Origin: Clostridia bacterium
GTDB taxonomy: Bacteria > Bacillota > Clostridia > Christensenellales > UBA1242
Length of the DNA: 24,000 bases
Assembly: GCA_045655005.1 (NCBI GenBank)
Contig: JAZOOJ010000001.1
Span: 81,288 to 105,287, forward strand
Direction: 5' to 3'
The translations under genes and the position numbers were made by a program. Shown in pieces: positions 1-8,903 of this stretch. Every line of letters begins with the position of its first letter. Position 1 is the stretch's first letter. The notes under the pieces are model-generated. The model was given only the letters and a program-made list of their open reading frames with translations, was not told the origin of the DNA and made no database searches.

Positions 1-43
1 GTCACGCTAGAGGTCGACGGTTCGAGCCCGTTTGGAGTCGCCA
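1..43 (+). tRNA. tRNA-Asp (GTC), 3' part only, truncated by window start
   Basis: Window begins at the putative anticodon GTC, followed by anticodon-stem remainder gctag, T-arm gacgg-ttcgagc-ccgtt, acceptor strand tggagtc, discriminator g and CCA. Confidence 0.8.
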
Positions 44-88
44 TTATTTTTAAAGATAAAGTTTTCCAAAAGTTTTGACAAGAATTTT

Positions 89-164
89 GCCTTGGTAGCT
101 CAGTCGGTAGAGCAGGGGACTGAAAATCCCCGTGTCGGTGGTTCGATTCCGCCCTAAGGCACCA
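89..164 (+). tRNA. tRNA-Phe (GAA)
   Basis: Acceptor gccttgg pairs with the 3' strand; anticodon arm GGGGA-CTGAAAA-TCCCC; T-loop ttcgatt; encoded CCA. Confidence 0.96.
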
Positions 165-173
165 AAAATTCAT

Positions 174-248
<75 letters not shown>

Positions 249-255
249 TTTTTTT

Positions 256-340
256 GGGAGAGTTCCAGAGCGGCCAAATGGAACGGACTGTAAATCCGTC
301 GACTATGTCTTCGATGGTTCAAATCCATCCTCTCCCACCA
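256..340 (+). tRNA. tRNA-Tyr (GTA), class II with long variable arm
   Basis: Acceptor gggagag/ctctccc; anticodon arm ACGGA-CTGTAAA-TCCGT; long variable arm; encoded CCA. Confidence 0.95.
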
Positions 341-513
341 AGTAGGGTTGTGCATAAAGCACAATCCTATTTTTTTGTTAATAAATTTTGTTTTTCATTT
401 TTTATTCAAGGCACAAGTAGGGGTATCAATCATAAATTGTACAAAATTTCACTATTGACATAAATTTAATTCAATGTTAAAATTATTTTACTAATTAATA
501 AGGTGGTAAATTT

Positions 514-1815
514 ATGGACGAGAACACAATGGTTAATATTGCTACTAGAATTGTTCAAGAGTATAAACAATATGGTTATACGCAAAGCGTAAAAAATAAA
601 ATATTGATGTTTAGAAGTGATAAGAATTTTGCAGAGTTAGTGGCAAAATTGGCATATCGAGATTTTGATTTGTTTAAAAAGATTATTAGAGAAAAAGAGA
701 TAAAATTTAATTATTCGCAAGTTACTTCATTTTTTAATCCTATTGAATTTCGTCTTGAATGGGCTCTTAGGAATGGCGTTAAAGGAATGGGTTTTGATGA
801 GAAAAGAGTTTTAAGCGATATAAGTTTTAGACAAAACATTGCTTGGGCTTTTCAGCAATATACTACAAGTTATCACGCAGTAAGATTTTCGGCAATTTAT
901 CCTAATCAAAAAAATCCGCACGAGGGCAAGATTCAGAAAATTCAAAGATTTCCAGGAAGCGAGCAATTAACTGCAAGGGAAATTTTAGAAAAAGAATTAA
1001 AAGAACATCCAAATGTAGTTGAAGATATAATCGATGAGCAAACCTTTGATGATGAGCTTATTATCTCGCCAGAGCTTGTTGATATAATATTGGCAAACAA
1101 TCCAAGCGAATCGTTGTTGCATACTCTTTTATACAGGACTTATCAGAGGGGCAAAAGTCGTGGTGATCTCCTTGAAAAATACGCCGAGATTGCAGAGTCT
1201 CCAGATAGTGTAATGAATTTTTTAGACTCTGAAAAAAGAAGGTGTAGTGTGGCTTCACCTTCAGATTATGACTCGCCAGCAGACAGCATTTACCTTACTT
1301 ATTTCAATTTGTTCCGTACGCATATTAAAGCGGTAGATAGAGCAATGGAAATTGCTTTTGGTAGAGATGACTATTTTGCCGGTGCAGAAGACTTTGAAAT
1401 TCACACCGAACTTCAAAAAAGGGTATATCATTATACTGATGTAAATGCATATGTTTGCGGAGATGCTCTAAAAGCACTTGCAAAAACCGCCTTTAAAACA
1501 TTAAGAGAAAGAAGTCTTGTAAAAGAAAAGGCAGAGTTGCGTAAGTTTTTGCTATATGGAAACAGAAATGTTGTTGATATTATGACAAAAGCCTTTATTG
1601 ATATTGCGTCCACCGGGCATATTGATGAATTGCTTGGAGTTCTTTCATATAATAAAGAAGATGTAGTACAACTTTTTATGTCTTGTTATGAAGATGAGTC
1701 GCAAGTAGAAAGTATATTGCAAAATTTTGGAAGATATGAAGAAAAGTTAAATGAAAAGCTGTTGGGAATAAAGGAATATCTACAAGAAGCATCTCAAGCG
1801 GACGAGCAAGATTAA
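514..1815 (+). CDS. Hypothetical protein, tandem paralog A (433 aa)
   Basis: Long ORF with aaggtgg upstream of ATG; shares YTQSV(K/R)NKILMFRS, WALRNG and NPS motifs with the next ORF. Confidence 0.85.
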   Translation: MDENTMVNIATRIVQEYKQYGYTQSVKNKILMFRSDKNFAELVAKLAYRDFDLFKKIIREKEIKFNYSQVTSFFNPIEFRLEWALRNGVKGMGFDEKRVLSDISFRQNIAWAFQQYTTSYHAVRFSAIYPNQKNPHEGKIQKIQRFPGSEQLTAREILEKELKEHPNVVEDIIDEQTFDDELIISPELVDIILANNPSESLLHTLLYRTYQRGKSRGDLLEKYAEIAESPDSVMNFLDSEKRRCSVASPSDYDSPADSIYLTYFNLFRTHIKAVDRAMEIAFGRDDYFAGAEDFEIHTELQKRVYHYTDVNAYVCGDALKALAKTAFKTLRERSLVKEKAELRKFLLYGNRNVVDIMTKAFIDIASTGHIDELLGVLSYNKEDVVQLFMSCYEDESQVESILQNFGRYEEKLNEKLLGIKEYLQEASQADEQD

Positions 1816-1862
1816 TCTAAAATAACTGTCTGGGTTATTCAAGGAGTGAGTCAAAAGGGATT

Positions 1863-3107
1863 ATGGATATACTACGAGAAAGTAAAATAGCAGAGAATAT
1901 AAGAAACGAATACAGGAAATTCGGATATACTCAAAGTGTAAGAAATAAAATATTGATGTTTAGGTCAAGTGAGAGATTTGGGAACATTTTATCGATGCTT
2001 GACGACGATTTACTGAAAAAGGTGTTTCAAGAAAAAGCAATAAAAATAAATTATGATATTGCTTGTCGTTTCGATGAAAGACAAAAGCTTGCGTGGGCAC
2101 TTAGGAATGGAAAGAAGAATTTGGGTAAAGACGAAAAGAAGATATTGGCCGAACACGCACACAAAGAAAATGTTCGTTGGGCAGTTTGGCAATATATGAG
2201 GGACTTTGGCGAGGTTAATCAAGATATAATGTCTCCTGATGGAAGCGGTTGGGGGATGAATATTGAAGTCCAAAAGTCACCTTATGGCGAAGATTTAACC
2301 GCAGAAGAAGTAATCATTAAGGAAATGCAACAGGGTGGCTGTTATCTTGAACAATACATTGATGCAGCGACGTATTTTTCAAAGAAGGTAATCTCAAACA
2401 AACTTGTAGATTTAGTTCTTCAAAATAATCCAAGCAATGCAGTAGTTGGCACGCTTCTCAGTTGTTGCTATCAAGAGTATGAAAAACGAGTGGAACTCGC
2501 AATGGCTTATGCAAAAACAGCAAAGTCAGCAAGACAAATTATAGGATTTTTAAATGTAGAAAGGAATACTTATTTTAATCTAAAAAGTGTAAACAATACG
2601 TTCGCTCATACAATTTATGAACAAGGGAATGATGTTTATAATGAGTTGTATCAAATAGCTCAAAATAGGAATGACTTTTTTGATGGAGCGAGTGAAGAAG
2701 ATATTTATAAGGGCGTTAAGCAGTTTATCAATAGTTGGAAAAATGTGTCATTAATATCTTTTCCTACCTTAGAAAAATTCACGAGCGTTGCTGTTTCAAA
2801 ATTGCGTGATAACGTATATACTAAACAAATTTTACGATACACATTGTCAGATGAAATGCTTACTAATATGATTTTGAACGCAATAGGAAACAACTTGAAA
2901 GGTGATGAAATACAATCGCTTATAAACAAAACTTCTTATGATGCAAAAGAAATAGAAGATGTTTTTACTCAACTTCATTGGGACAATAGTTGGATACAAG
3001 AAAAACTGAAAGAATATGAACTTGCAGAAAGAGTGATAGACTCTAAACTTTTCGATGTTAAGGTTAGGCAAAAAATTGCCCAGAAACACTATGGGTCTGA
3101 ATCTTAA
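1863..3107 (+). CDS. Hypothetical protein, tandem paralog B (414 aa)
   Basis: Long ORF with aaaggga RBS; clear similarity to the preceding ORF. Confidence 0.85.
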   Translation: MDILRESKIAENIRNEYRKFGYTQSVRNKILMFRSSERFGNILSMLDDDLLKKVFQEKAIKINYDIACRFDERQKLAWALRNGKKNLGKDEKKILAEHAHKENVRWAVWQYMRDFGEVNQDIMSPDGSGWGMNIEVQKSPYGEDLTAEEVIIKEMQQGGCYLEQYIDAATYFSKKVISNKLVDLVLQNNPSNAVVGTLLSCCYQEYEKRVELAMAYAKTAKSARQIIGFLNVERNTYFNLKSVNNTFAHTIYEQGNDVYNELYQIAQNRNDFFDGASEEDIYKGVKQFINSWKNVSLISFPTLEKFTSVAVSKLRDNVYTKQILRYTLSDEMLTNMILNAIGNNLKGDEIQSLINKTSYDAKEIEDVFTQLHWDNSWIQEKLKEYELAERVIDSKLFDVKVRQKIAQKHYGSES

Positions 3108-3200
3108 CTTTAATAACAGTCAAAAAAATGAGCAGTTTGCATTGTTCTAAAATAATTTTCACAAAATTTTCAATTATTTTAATTATTGAATAAATAGTAC

Positions 3201-3229
3201 TTGCGATTTATAAAAAATAATGCTAAAAT
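3201..3229 (+). promoter_or_regulatory. Sigma-A-like promoter for the YdbC/PC4-like gene
   Basis: TTGCGA, 17 bp spacer, TAAAAT; RBS gcggagg follows before ATG 3263. Confidence 0.5.
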
Positions 3230-3262
3230 ATATGTATATACTATCAAGCGGAGGAAAAACCT

Positions 3263-3490
3263 ATGGCAGAAATTAAGTATGAAGTTACCGAAAAATTAGG
3301 TGCACTTTCAGAACCTGTAAATGGCTATGCAAAAGAATTGAATATGATTAGTTGGAATGATCACGCTCCAGTTTTCGATTTAAGACCTTGGAACGTTGCT
3401 CATGACAGAATGAGTAAAGGTATCACTTTCAACAAAGCAGAAGCAAAAGCATTAAGGGATATTCTAAACAGTTTAAATCTTGATGACTAG
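3263..3490 (+). CDS. YdbC/PC4-like ssDNA-binding family protein (75 aa)
   Basis: Sequence ...KELNMISWNDHAPVFDLRPWNVAHDRMSKGITFNKAEAKALRDIL resembles the bacterial YdbC/PC4 p15 fold family; strong RBS. Confidence 0.85.
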   Translation: MAEIKYEVTEKLGALSEPVNGYAKELNMISWNDHAPVFDLRPWNVAHDRMSKGITFNKAEAKALRDILNSLNLDD

Positions 3491-3511
3491 GTAAATATAT
3501 AATTGACAATG

Positions 3512-3555
3512 AAAAAGAACGATTAGGCAATTTTGATTGCTTATTCGTTCTTTTT
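3512..3555. terminator. Bidirectional rho-independent terminator
   Basis: AAAAAGAACG ... CGTTCTTTTT with an inner GGCAAT/ATTGC pairing, between the converging genes. Confidence 0.8.
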
Positions 3556-3571
3556 GTTTTAATGTAAATTA

Positions 3572-4819
3572 TTATGCGACGTCGTCACGGTTAAATAAAG
3601 ACATCTGAGGTTCATCTTCATCTTCCAACTGAAAGTCTTTGCTTTTAAATATGTCTTTGCTTGCTGCACGTTGTCTGAGCATTTCTTCTTCACGAATCAG
3701 TTGTTCAAGCATTTGTTTTGAGGCGTCATCTAAAATTCCGGCTTTAGCGAACTCTTGCATTTCCTTTAATGCTGAATATCTGGCGTCTGCTTCTTCAATA
3801 CTTGATAGGTAAGAGGCAAAACTTGAATGTCCTTTTTTTGCCATTTCCAGTGCAGCATTCATTCTGAATGCAAGCTTTTTATCTCTTTCGTTTGTTGGTT
3901 CTCTGTTCATATTTGCGATTTGAATTTTGTGTTTCGCCTCATGAAGTCCAGTTTGCATCATTCGCATTGGAAGATATGGGTCTTTTGTAATCTTGCATTT
4001 TTCAAATTCGTTTAAAAATTGTTCATTTAAATATAATGTGTCAACACCGTCTGCGTAACAACCAAATGTTGTTTTGTCGCCTTGTTGAGCAAATTTTCTA
4101 AATTCCACCTTAGGGGCTTGAACATTGTTCATAGAACAATACCCATCAACAAGCCCTTCAACAATATTTAGCAAATCTTCTTTTTCAAGCGAATAGAAGA
4201 CGTCAGGGTTAAAGCATTGTGCAAGGCTTTTATAGGTGATAGGGTCCATTTTTGGAACTTCGGTGATTTGTTCGGCGTCGCCACCGCTAAACATATTGCT
4301 ATCTTGCATAAATCCACGCAATTTCCAAATTGTCTTCATTCGTATATTCATTGCTTCGTCTTCACGATAGTCAACTATATCACCATTTTCATCTACGTGA
4401 CCCAAAACGCTTGATATATATTTTGTAAGAATCTCGGCTTCTTGACGTATTTGCTCGAATTGTTGTATTTGATTTTGTTTTAAATTTTGTTTCCTTAAAA
4501 GTTGAAAGTATACAAAAGTCAAATATTGATTAACATAATCGGCAAGTTTTTTGGCAAACTTTTTATCTCTTAGCATAAGTTGGGTAGCATAATCTAAGAT
4601 GTTTTCATCATCTTCGCTGATCATTATGCCAAACATTTCATAGTATGCTTCTTGAATAAATTTAAAGAAATGCGAAAATAGGACGGTCTTTTCTCCATCG
4701 CCCATTTTAGAAAGTAAATTTTTATCTACTTTTATTAATGAGGTAAGATATTTTGCGTAGTCGTCAAATTTATCAACGTCAAATTGTTCTTGCCCTGTTA
4801 GAACAAATTTCTCACGCAT
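3572..4819 (-). CDS. Hypothetical protein with HEAKH (HExxH-type) putative zinc metallopeptidase motif
   Basis: Long ORF; LHEAKHKIQIA followed about 45 residues later by EEADARYSAL; RBS aagggggg; upstream promoter. Confidence 0.8.
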   Translation of the reverse strand: MREKFVLTGQEQFDVDKFDDYAKYLTSLIKVDKNLLSKMGDGEKTVLFSHFFKFIQEAYYEMFGIMISEDDENILDYATQLMLRDKKFAKKLADYVNQYLTFVYFQLLRKQNLKQNQIQQFEQIRQEAEILTKYISSVLGHVDENGDIVDYREDEAMNIRMKTIWKLRGFMQDSNMFSGGDAEQITEVPKMDPITYKSLAQCFNPDVFYSLEKEDLLNIVEGLVDGYCSMNNVQAPKVEFRKFAQQGDKTTFGCYADGVDTLYLNEQFLNEFEKCKITKDPYLPMRMMQTGLHEAKHKIQIANMNREPTNERDKKLAFRMNAALEMAKKGHSSFASYLSSIEEADARYSALKEMQEFAKAGILDDASKQMLEQLIREEEMLRQRAASKDIFKSKDFQLEDEDEPQMSLFNRDDVA

Positions 4820-4851
4820 AAGCGTTGCCCCCCTTCACTAATTGTGTCTAT

Positions 4852-4880
4852 ATTATACACTACAATATATAAAATTTCAA
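4852..4880 (-). promoter_or_regulatory. Promoter for the HEAKH gene
   Basis: On minus strand TTGAAA (4880-4875), 17 bp, TATAAT (4857-4852). Confidence 0.6.
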
Positions 4881-4931
4881 TAGTCTTTTCAAAATTTCTT
4901 ATCTGAAAACGACACAAAAAGTGAAAAAATA

Positions 4932-4966
4932 ATCAAAGCAAGCCTATATTTTAGACTTGCTTTGAT
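4932..4966. terminator. Terminator downstream of the PadR-fusion gene
   Basis: atCAAAGCAAG...CTTGCTTTGat hairpin with T-rich tracts in both directions. Confidence 0.75.
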
Positions 4967-4975
4967 AGTTTTTTA

Positions 4976-7411
4976 TTAAACGTGGAAACGTTTTGAATTA
5001 AAGAGTAGGGTATATACCAAAGTATGAATTGGAAGATAAAGTGTACAAATTGCTGGCAAATACCATAATAAATGGTTGTAATCAATTTGAGTAAAACTGT
5101 ACAGTCCAAATGGAATATTGACTGCGTAAATAATGACTAAGCATTGAACGGCAAACAGCACAGAGAATATAATTGCAACTTTTGCAGAATACCTAGGTTT
5201 AACTTTCTTGGTTTGATTTAATAAAAAGATTACTGTAAAAACAATTGGAATTAATATCATCGCTCCTAAACAACTAAACAAGAAGAATGATGCAGGAAGG
5301 GCTGAAGGCACATACCTTAAGTCAGTGTAGCCAATTGGTCCAGCGATTAAATACCCAATTACAAGAAGTAGTGATGTTAGTGCAAAAGAGAACCAACTTG
5401 TAAACATTTTAATTTTATTTGGTAAAATATAATTTTTTGTTTCGGCTGTTTCTTTTGGTCTTCTTTCGTAAACTCTAACCTCAATACCTGCATTGTTGAA
5501 ATTTGTCCTTAGGTCATCAATTTTTGTTATCGTTTGTTGGTTGATGTTGTTTGCCTTTGTTGAAGGTGAAAATCTTATTGAGCCATAAGAGGATAGTGTA
5601 TTTAATAATTGACGACTGTCGTTATCTGTGTATTGAGGTACAAAGCTTCGTTTGTTGTCTACAAAAAGGTTCGTTGTAGCATCTGGGTCGTTGTAAATTG
5701 GGTCGTAATTTTGTATTTCAGGTTCAGCATAAACAAAATTGCTTTGCGTTAAGCTTTCGTCTGAATTATTATCAATAATTGAAACTTCATTTCGTGGGTC
5801 TTCGGAAGGTGATAAATATTCATCACGTAAAGCAAGCTCTCTTGCGTTGCTAAATTCTTCATCTCGGTCATAATCATAGGAGTATGAGCTTGTTAATTCA
5901 TCTTCATTTCGTAAAGTGAAATTTTGTGCTTTATAATTTTCAATTTCGTCCTCGGCATCTTCGTTGTTTTCGTCGTCGTCATCATTATTATTGAAGTTAT
6001 TGTAATTACCATAATTAAATCGAACGAAAGGAAGAGGTTCGCCTTGTCCGGAATTATCTTCTTCGGCTCCAAAAATTAATTCAGAAGACTCATCGTCTTG
6101 ATCTTCACTATAACCAAAATTCAGTTTTGTTGAATTAAAATCATTTTCGGGTTCATCTTGCTCCAAATTTGACGGGTCTTCATAGTCTTCGTTTTGTTCT
6201 TCACTTATTAAATCTGACGTCAAATCGCTGTAATTTCTTGAAATTTCAAATTCGTCATCGTTTTCTTCGGCAACGCTGTAAAATGGGGCGTCGTCCAATT
6301 CTTCTTCTAAATCTTCGGAGCTATCAAATTCTAAATCATCGTCAGAATCGTCAGAATTGATGATATTGTCAAATAGTGATGTGTCCAATGTCTGTTCTTT
6401 GGGTTGTTCTTGCGAGAATGTTTCTTCATAGAAGCCTGAGCCACCGACTTCATCTTTTACATTGTCAAAATATGTATTGTTATTTAACTTGTAATCTTTA
6501 AAATTAAATTTGGTAGAATATTTGACATCATTATTCTTGATGACGATATCATCTAATTCATTTTGCGACTCGGTTTGCTCAGATTGGATATCATTTACTG
6601 GCGTTGCTTCATCTTTTACGTTATTAGAAAATATGTTTCTTAATTCTTCACTTTCTTGATTATCAGAAAGTGGGGAGGTTAATATTTGTTCTGGTATTGG
6701 ATTGTCATCATATTGCAAAGCCTTTTCAATCGAGTTAAAAATGTCGAATTGATTTTCGTCAGTATTATAATATTCTTCAACTAGTTTTAAATCTTGCTCA
6801 TCGGTGCCAAAGTCGAGACCTTCATTTTCTTCAATCCCATAAAATTCAGCGAACGGATTAACGACCTTCGTAGATTGAATACCTTGTTCAGAGTTCTCTA
6901 TTTGCGTACTTATAATATTTGTCTGTTCTATTCGTAAATCGTATTGATTTTGTTCTGATGAAGCAGAAGTGCATTGCTCTTGATCAAGTTCTTTTTCTTC
7001 ATCAGTTTTTTTGCGGAATGTTATATTTTCAGTGCCGGTCAAAGGAATAAAGTTTGTTGTTACTTCTGGCAAAACATCGTCGGCATTTTCAGCAATAAGA
7101 TTGTCAATTATTGACCTTGAAGACAGCCACTCACGCATATTATTATCGTACTCTTGACGACCCAAATCGGTCAATTTATAATAATGCCTTTTACCGCCAA
7201 TATCGCTGTTCACCCAGTATGCAGATATAAATCCTTGACCTTCAAGCCGTTTTAAACAACTGTATAATGTAGGTTGCTTTAACTCATAGGTGCCATTGCT
7301 TCTGGTTTCAATTTCTTTTATAATCTCATACCCGTATTTATCTCCGCTTGCAAGCGTTTTTAAAATTATTGTATCCACATGCCCACGGATTAAATCTGAA
7401 TCAATTGCCAT
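4976..7411 (-). CDS. PadR-family winged-helix regulator fused to a long acidic disordered linker and four predicted TM helices
   Basis: N-terminus RGHVDTIILKTLASGDKYGYEIIKEIE..TYELKQPTLYSCLKRLEGQGFI is PadR-like; the middle is D/E/N/S-rich; the C-terminus has four hydrophobic segments. Start refined from 7447 to ATG 7411 because it is preceded by caaaggagc. Confidence 0.9.
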   Translation of the reverse strand: MAIDSDLIRGHVDTIILKTLASGDKYGYEIIKEIETRSNGTYELKQPTLYSCLKRLEGQGFISAYWVNSDIGGKRHYYKLTDLGRQEYDNNMREWLSSRSIIDNLIAENADDVLPEVTTNFIPLTGTENITFRKKTDEEKELDQEQCTSASSEQNQYDLRIEQTNIISTQIENSEQGIQSTKVVNPFAEFYGIEENEGLDFGTDEQDLKLVEEYYNTDENQFDIFNSIEKALQYDDNPIPEQILTSPLSDNQESEELRNIFSNNVKDEATPVNDIQSEQTESQNELDDIVIKNNDVKYSTKFNFKDYKLNNNTYFDNVKDEVGGSGFYEETFSQEQPKEQTLDTSLFDNIINSDDSDDDLEFDSSEDLEEELDDAPFYSVAEENDDEFEISRNYSDLTSDLISEEQNEDYEDPSNLEQDEPENDFNSTKLNFGYSEDQDDESSELIFGAEEDNSGQGEPLPFVRFNYGNYNNFNNNDDDDENNEDAEDEIENYKAQNFTLRNEDELTSSYSYDYDRDEEFSNARELALRDEYLSPSEDPRNEVSIIDNNSDESLTQSNFVYAEPEIQNYDPIYNDPDATTNLFVDNKRSFVPQYTDNDSRQLLNTLSSYGSIRFSPSTKANNINQQTITKIDDLRTNFNNAGIEVRVYERRPKETAETKNYILPNKIKMFTSWFSFALTSLLLVIGYLIAGPIGYTDLRYVPSALPASFFLFSCLGAMILIPIVFTVIFLLNQTKKVKPRYSAKVAIIFSVLFAVQCLVIIYAVNIPFGLYSFTQIDYNHLLWYLPAICTLYLPIHTLVYTLLFNSKRFHV

Positions 7412-7537
7412 AAAGATTTTTGCTCCTTTGATTGAAAATAATGACAATAAGCCTATTATTAATCAATATAATTATATCTTTTTTATTTAAACGATGTCAA
7501 TTAAATAAATCTATCTTGTAAATCTTTTTAATTTTTA

Positions 7538-7567
7538 TTGTACAATATTAAAATTGTTTGTTATAAT
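7538..7567 (+). promoter_or_regulatory. Sigma-A-like promoter upstream of the YgjP-like gene
   Basis: TTGTAC (7538-7543), 18 bp, TATAAT (7562-7567). Confidence 0.5.
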
Positions 7568-7573
7568 AGCCTT

Positions 7574-8251
7574 ATGATAGAACCAAAGAAGATAATAAGA
7601 CAAAAACGAAAAACTTTGTCCATTACGATAACACCGACTGGAGATGTTATTGTTAAAGCTCCAATAGGCTTGCCAGAAGGTGAAATTTTTAAATTTATTA
7701 ACGAAAAAGAGTCCTGGATTTTGTCTAAATTAAGCAAGGCAAACACCAAAGCTGAAATAAACGATGATTTGATAAAATACAAGGCCTTTTTGCTGTTTGG
7801 GAATAAATATGAGGCCGTGACAGATATTACCGCAAAATCGGCTAATTTTGTAGCAAATAAATGTGTGCTCCCGGTACTTCCTGATAAATCTCAACAATTA
7901 CATAAAGTAATTTTAACATATAAAAAATTGGCGTCAAAGTGGCTTAAAGAAAGAACTCTTGAAATAGCCAGAGTTATAAATGCAAATTTTGATGAGTTTA
8001 AAATTTCAGATACAAAGGGCAGGTGGGGGTGTTGTACGTCTAATTGTTGCATAAATTTAAATTGGCGTGTTGTGTGTTTAGAACCTGCACTAATTGATTA
8101 TGTAATTGTGCATGAATTATGCCATTTAAGAGAAATGAATCATAGTCCTAAATTTTGGGCAAATGTAGAAAAGATATTGCCAGACTACAAACGACGCAGA
8201 AAATCAGTGAAAGAAATGGGCTTTTTATTCCAGATTTATAAAGACGCTTAG
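7574..8251 (+). CDS. YgjP/SprT-like (M48-type, DUF45) metal-dependent hydrolase
   Basis: VIVHELCHLREMNHSPKFWANVEKILPDYKRRR is the typical YgjP-family signature. ATG 7574 (MIEPKK) is preferred over 7538, which falls inside the promoter. Confidence 0.88.
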   Translation: MIEPKKIIRQKRKTLSITITPTGDVIVKAPIGLPEGEIFKFINEKESWILSKLSKANTKAEINDDLIKYKAFLLFGNKYEAVTDITAKSANFVANKCVLPVLPDKSQQLHKVILTYKKLASKWLKERTLEIARVINANFDEFKISDTKGRWGCCTSNCCINLNWRVVCLEPALIDYVIVHELCHLREMNHSPKFWANVEKILPDYKRRRKSVKEMGFLFQIYKDA

Positions 8252-8302
8252 TTAGTTGATTAGTTAGTATTTAGTAATAATTGATTAAAATTGTGTACCC
8301 CC

Positions 8303-8331
8303 TTGAAATTTTTAAAGAAATATAATATAAT
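8303..8331 (+). promoter_or_regulatory. Promoter for the 166-aa ORF
   Basis: TTGAAA, 17 bp, TATAAT. Confidence 0.6.
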
Positions 8332-8352
8332 TAGTGTCCTGAGGAGATTTAT

Positions 8353-8853
8353 ATGAATAAAGAAATTAAGAAAAATAGAGAATTAGTACAAGGATTAGAT
8401 TCTAAAATGATTAATTGTATCAAGGTGTCTACTTATGGGCCTAATTCAACTGCAATATATGCATATCTTGTTGATGGAAGAATTTTACAGATATCAAGAC
8501 CAATATATAATTTTATGTTGAAACAAGATATAACAAGACGTTTTGTGGCAAAAAATTTCCCTGAAATGACTAGAAGAGCTTTAAAAACTATGGGTGGAGG
8601 CATCGCTTTAGTAAATTTACACAATGTAAAAGAGTTTGATGTTATGTCTTGTGGTGATAGAGTATCTGCCTGGGTTCGTGCTGTATTTAAAACTCAAGGG
8701 ACAGAAGATGGGACCACAAGCCAAATTGCAAGACTTTACACAGTGCCTGCTTATATGCAAAGCAACGAGTTGGAAAGATTGTATGATTTATTAGCTGCTC
8801 AACCTAATAAGTTTGAAGAAAATAGTGATAGCGATAATGATGAAAGATTATAA
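8353..8853 (+). CDS. Conserved-looking hypothetical protein (166 aa)
   Basis: ORF with gaggag RBS, promoter and downstream terminator. Confidence 0.8.
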   Translation: MNKEIKKNRELVQGLDSKMINCIKVSTYGPNSTAIYAYLVDGRILQISRPIYNFMLKQDITRRFVAKNFPEMTRRALKTMGGGIALVNLHNVKEFDVMSCGDRVSAWVRAVFKTQGTEDGTTSQIARLYTVPAYMQSNELERLYDLLAAQPNKFEENSDSDNDERL

Positions 8854-8871
8854 TTGAAGAAAGTTAAATAA

Positions 8872-8900
8872 AAAGCACATACTTACTTAGTATGTGCTTT
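8872..8900. terminator. Bidirectional terminator between convergent genes
   Basis: AAAGCACATAC-ttactta-GTATGTGCTTT, perfect 11-bp stem. Confidence 0.9.
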
Positions 8901-8903
8901 GTT

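Noticed and set aside
1061-1613. Antisense ORFs inside the first paralog (and similar ones at 2010..3089, 3827..4414, 6169..6360)
   Set aside because: Short, low-complexity shadows of strong coding ORFs with no RBS.
4976-7411. PadR fusion as two genes joined by sequencing error
   Set aside because: The reading frame is continuous through the acidic region and no RBS/start was noted before the TM part, so a single gene is the simpler reading.
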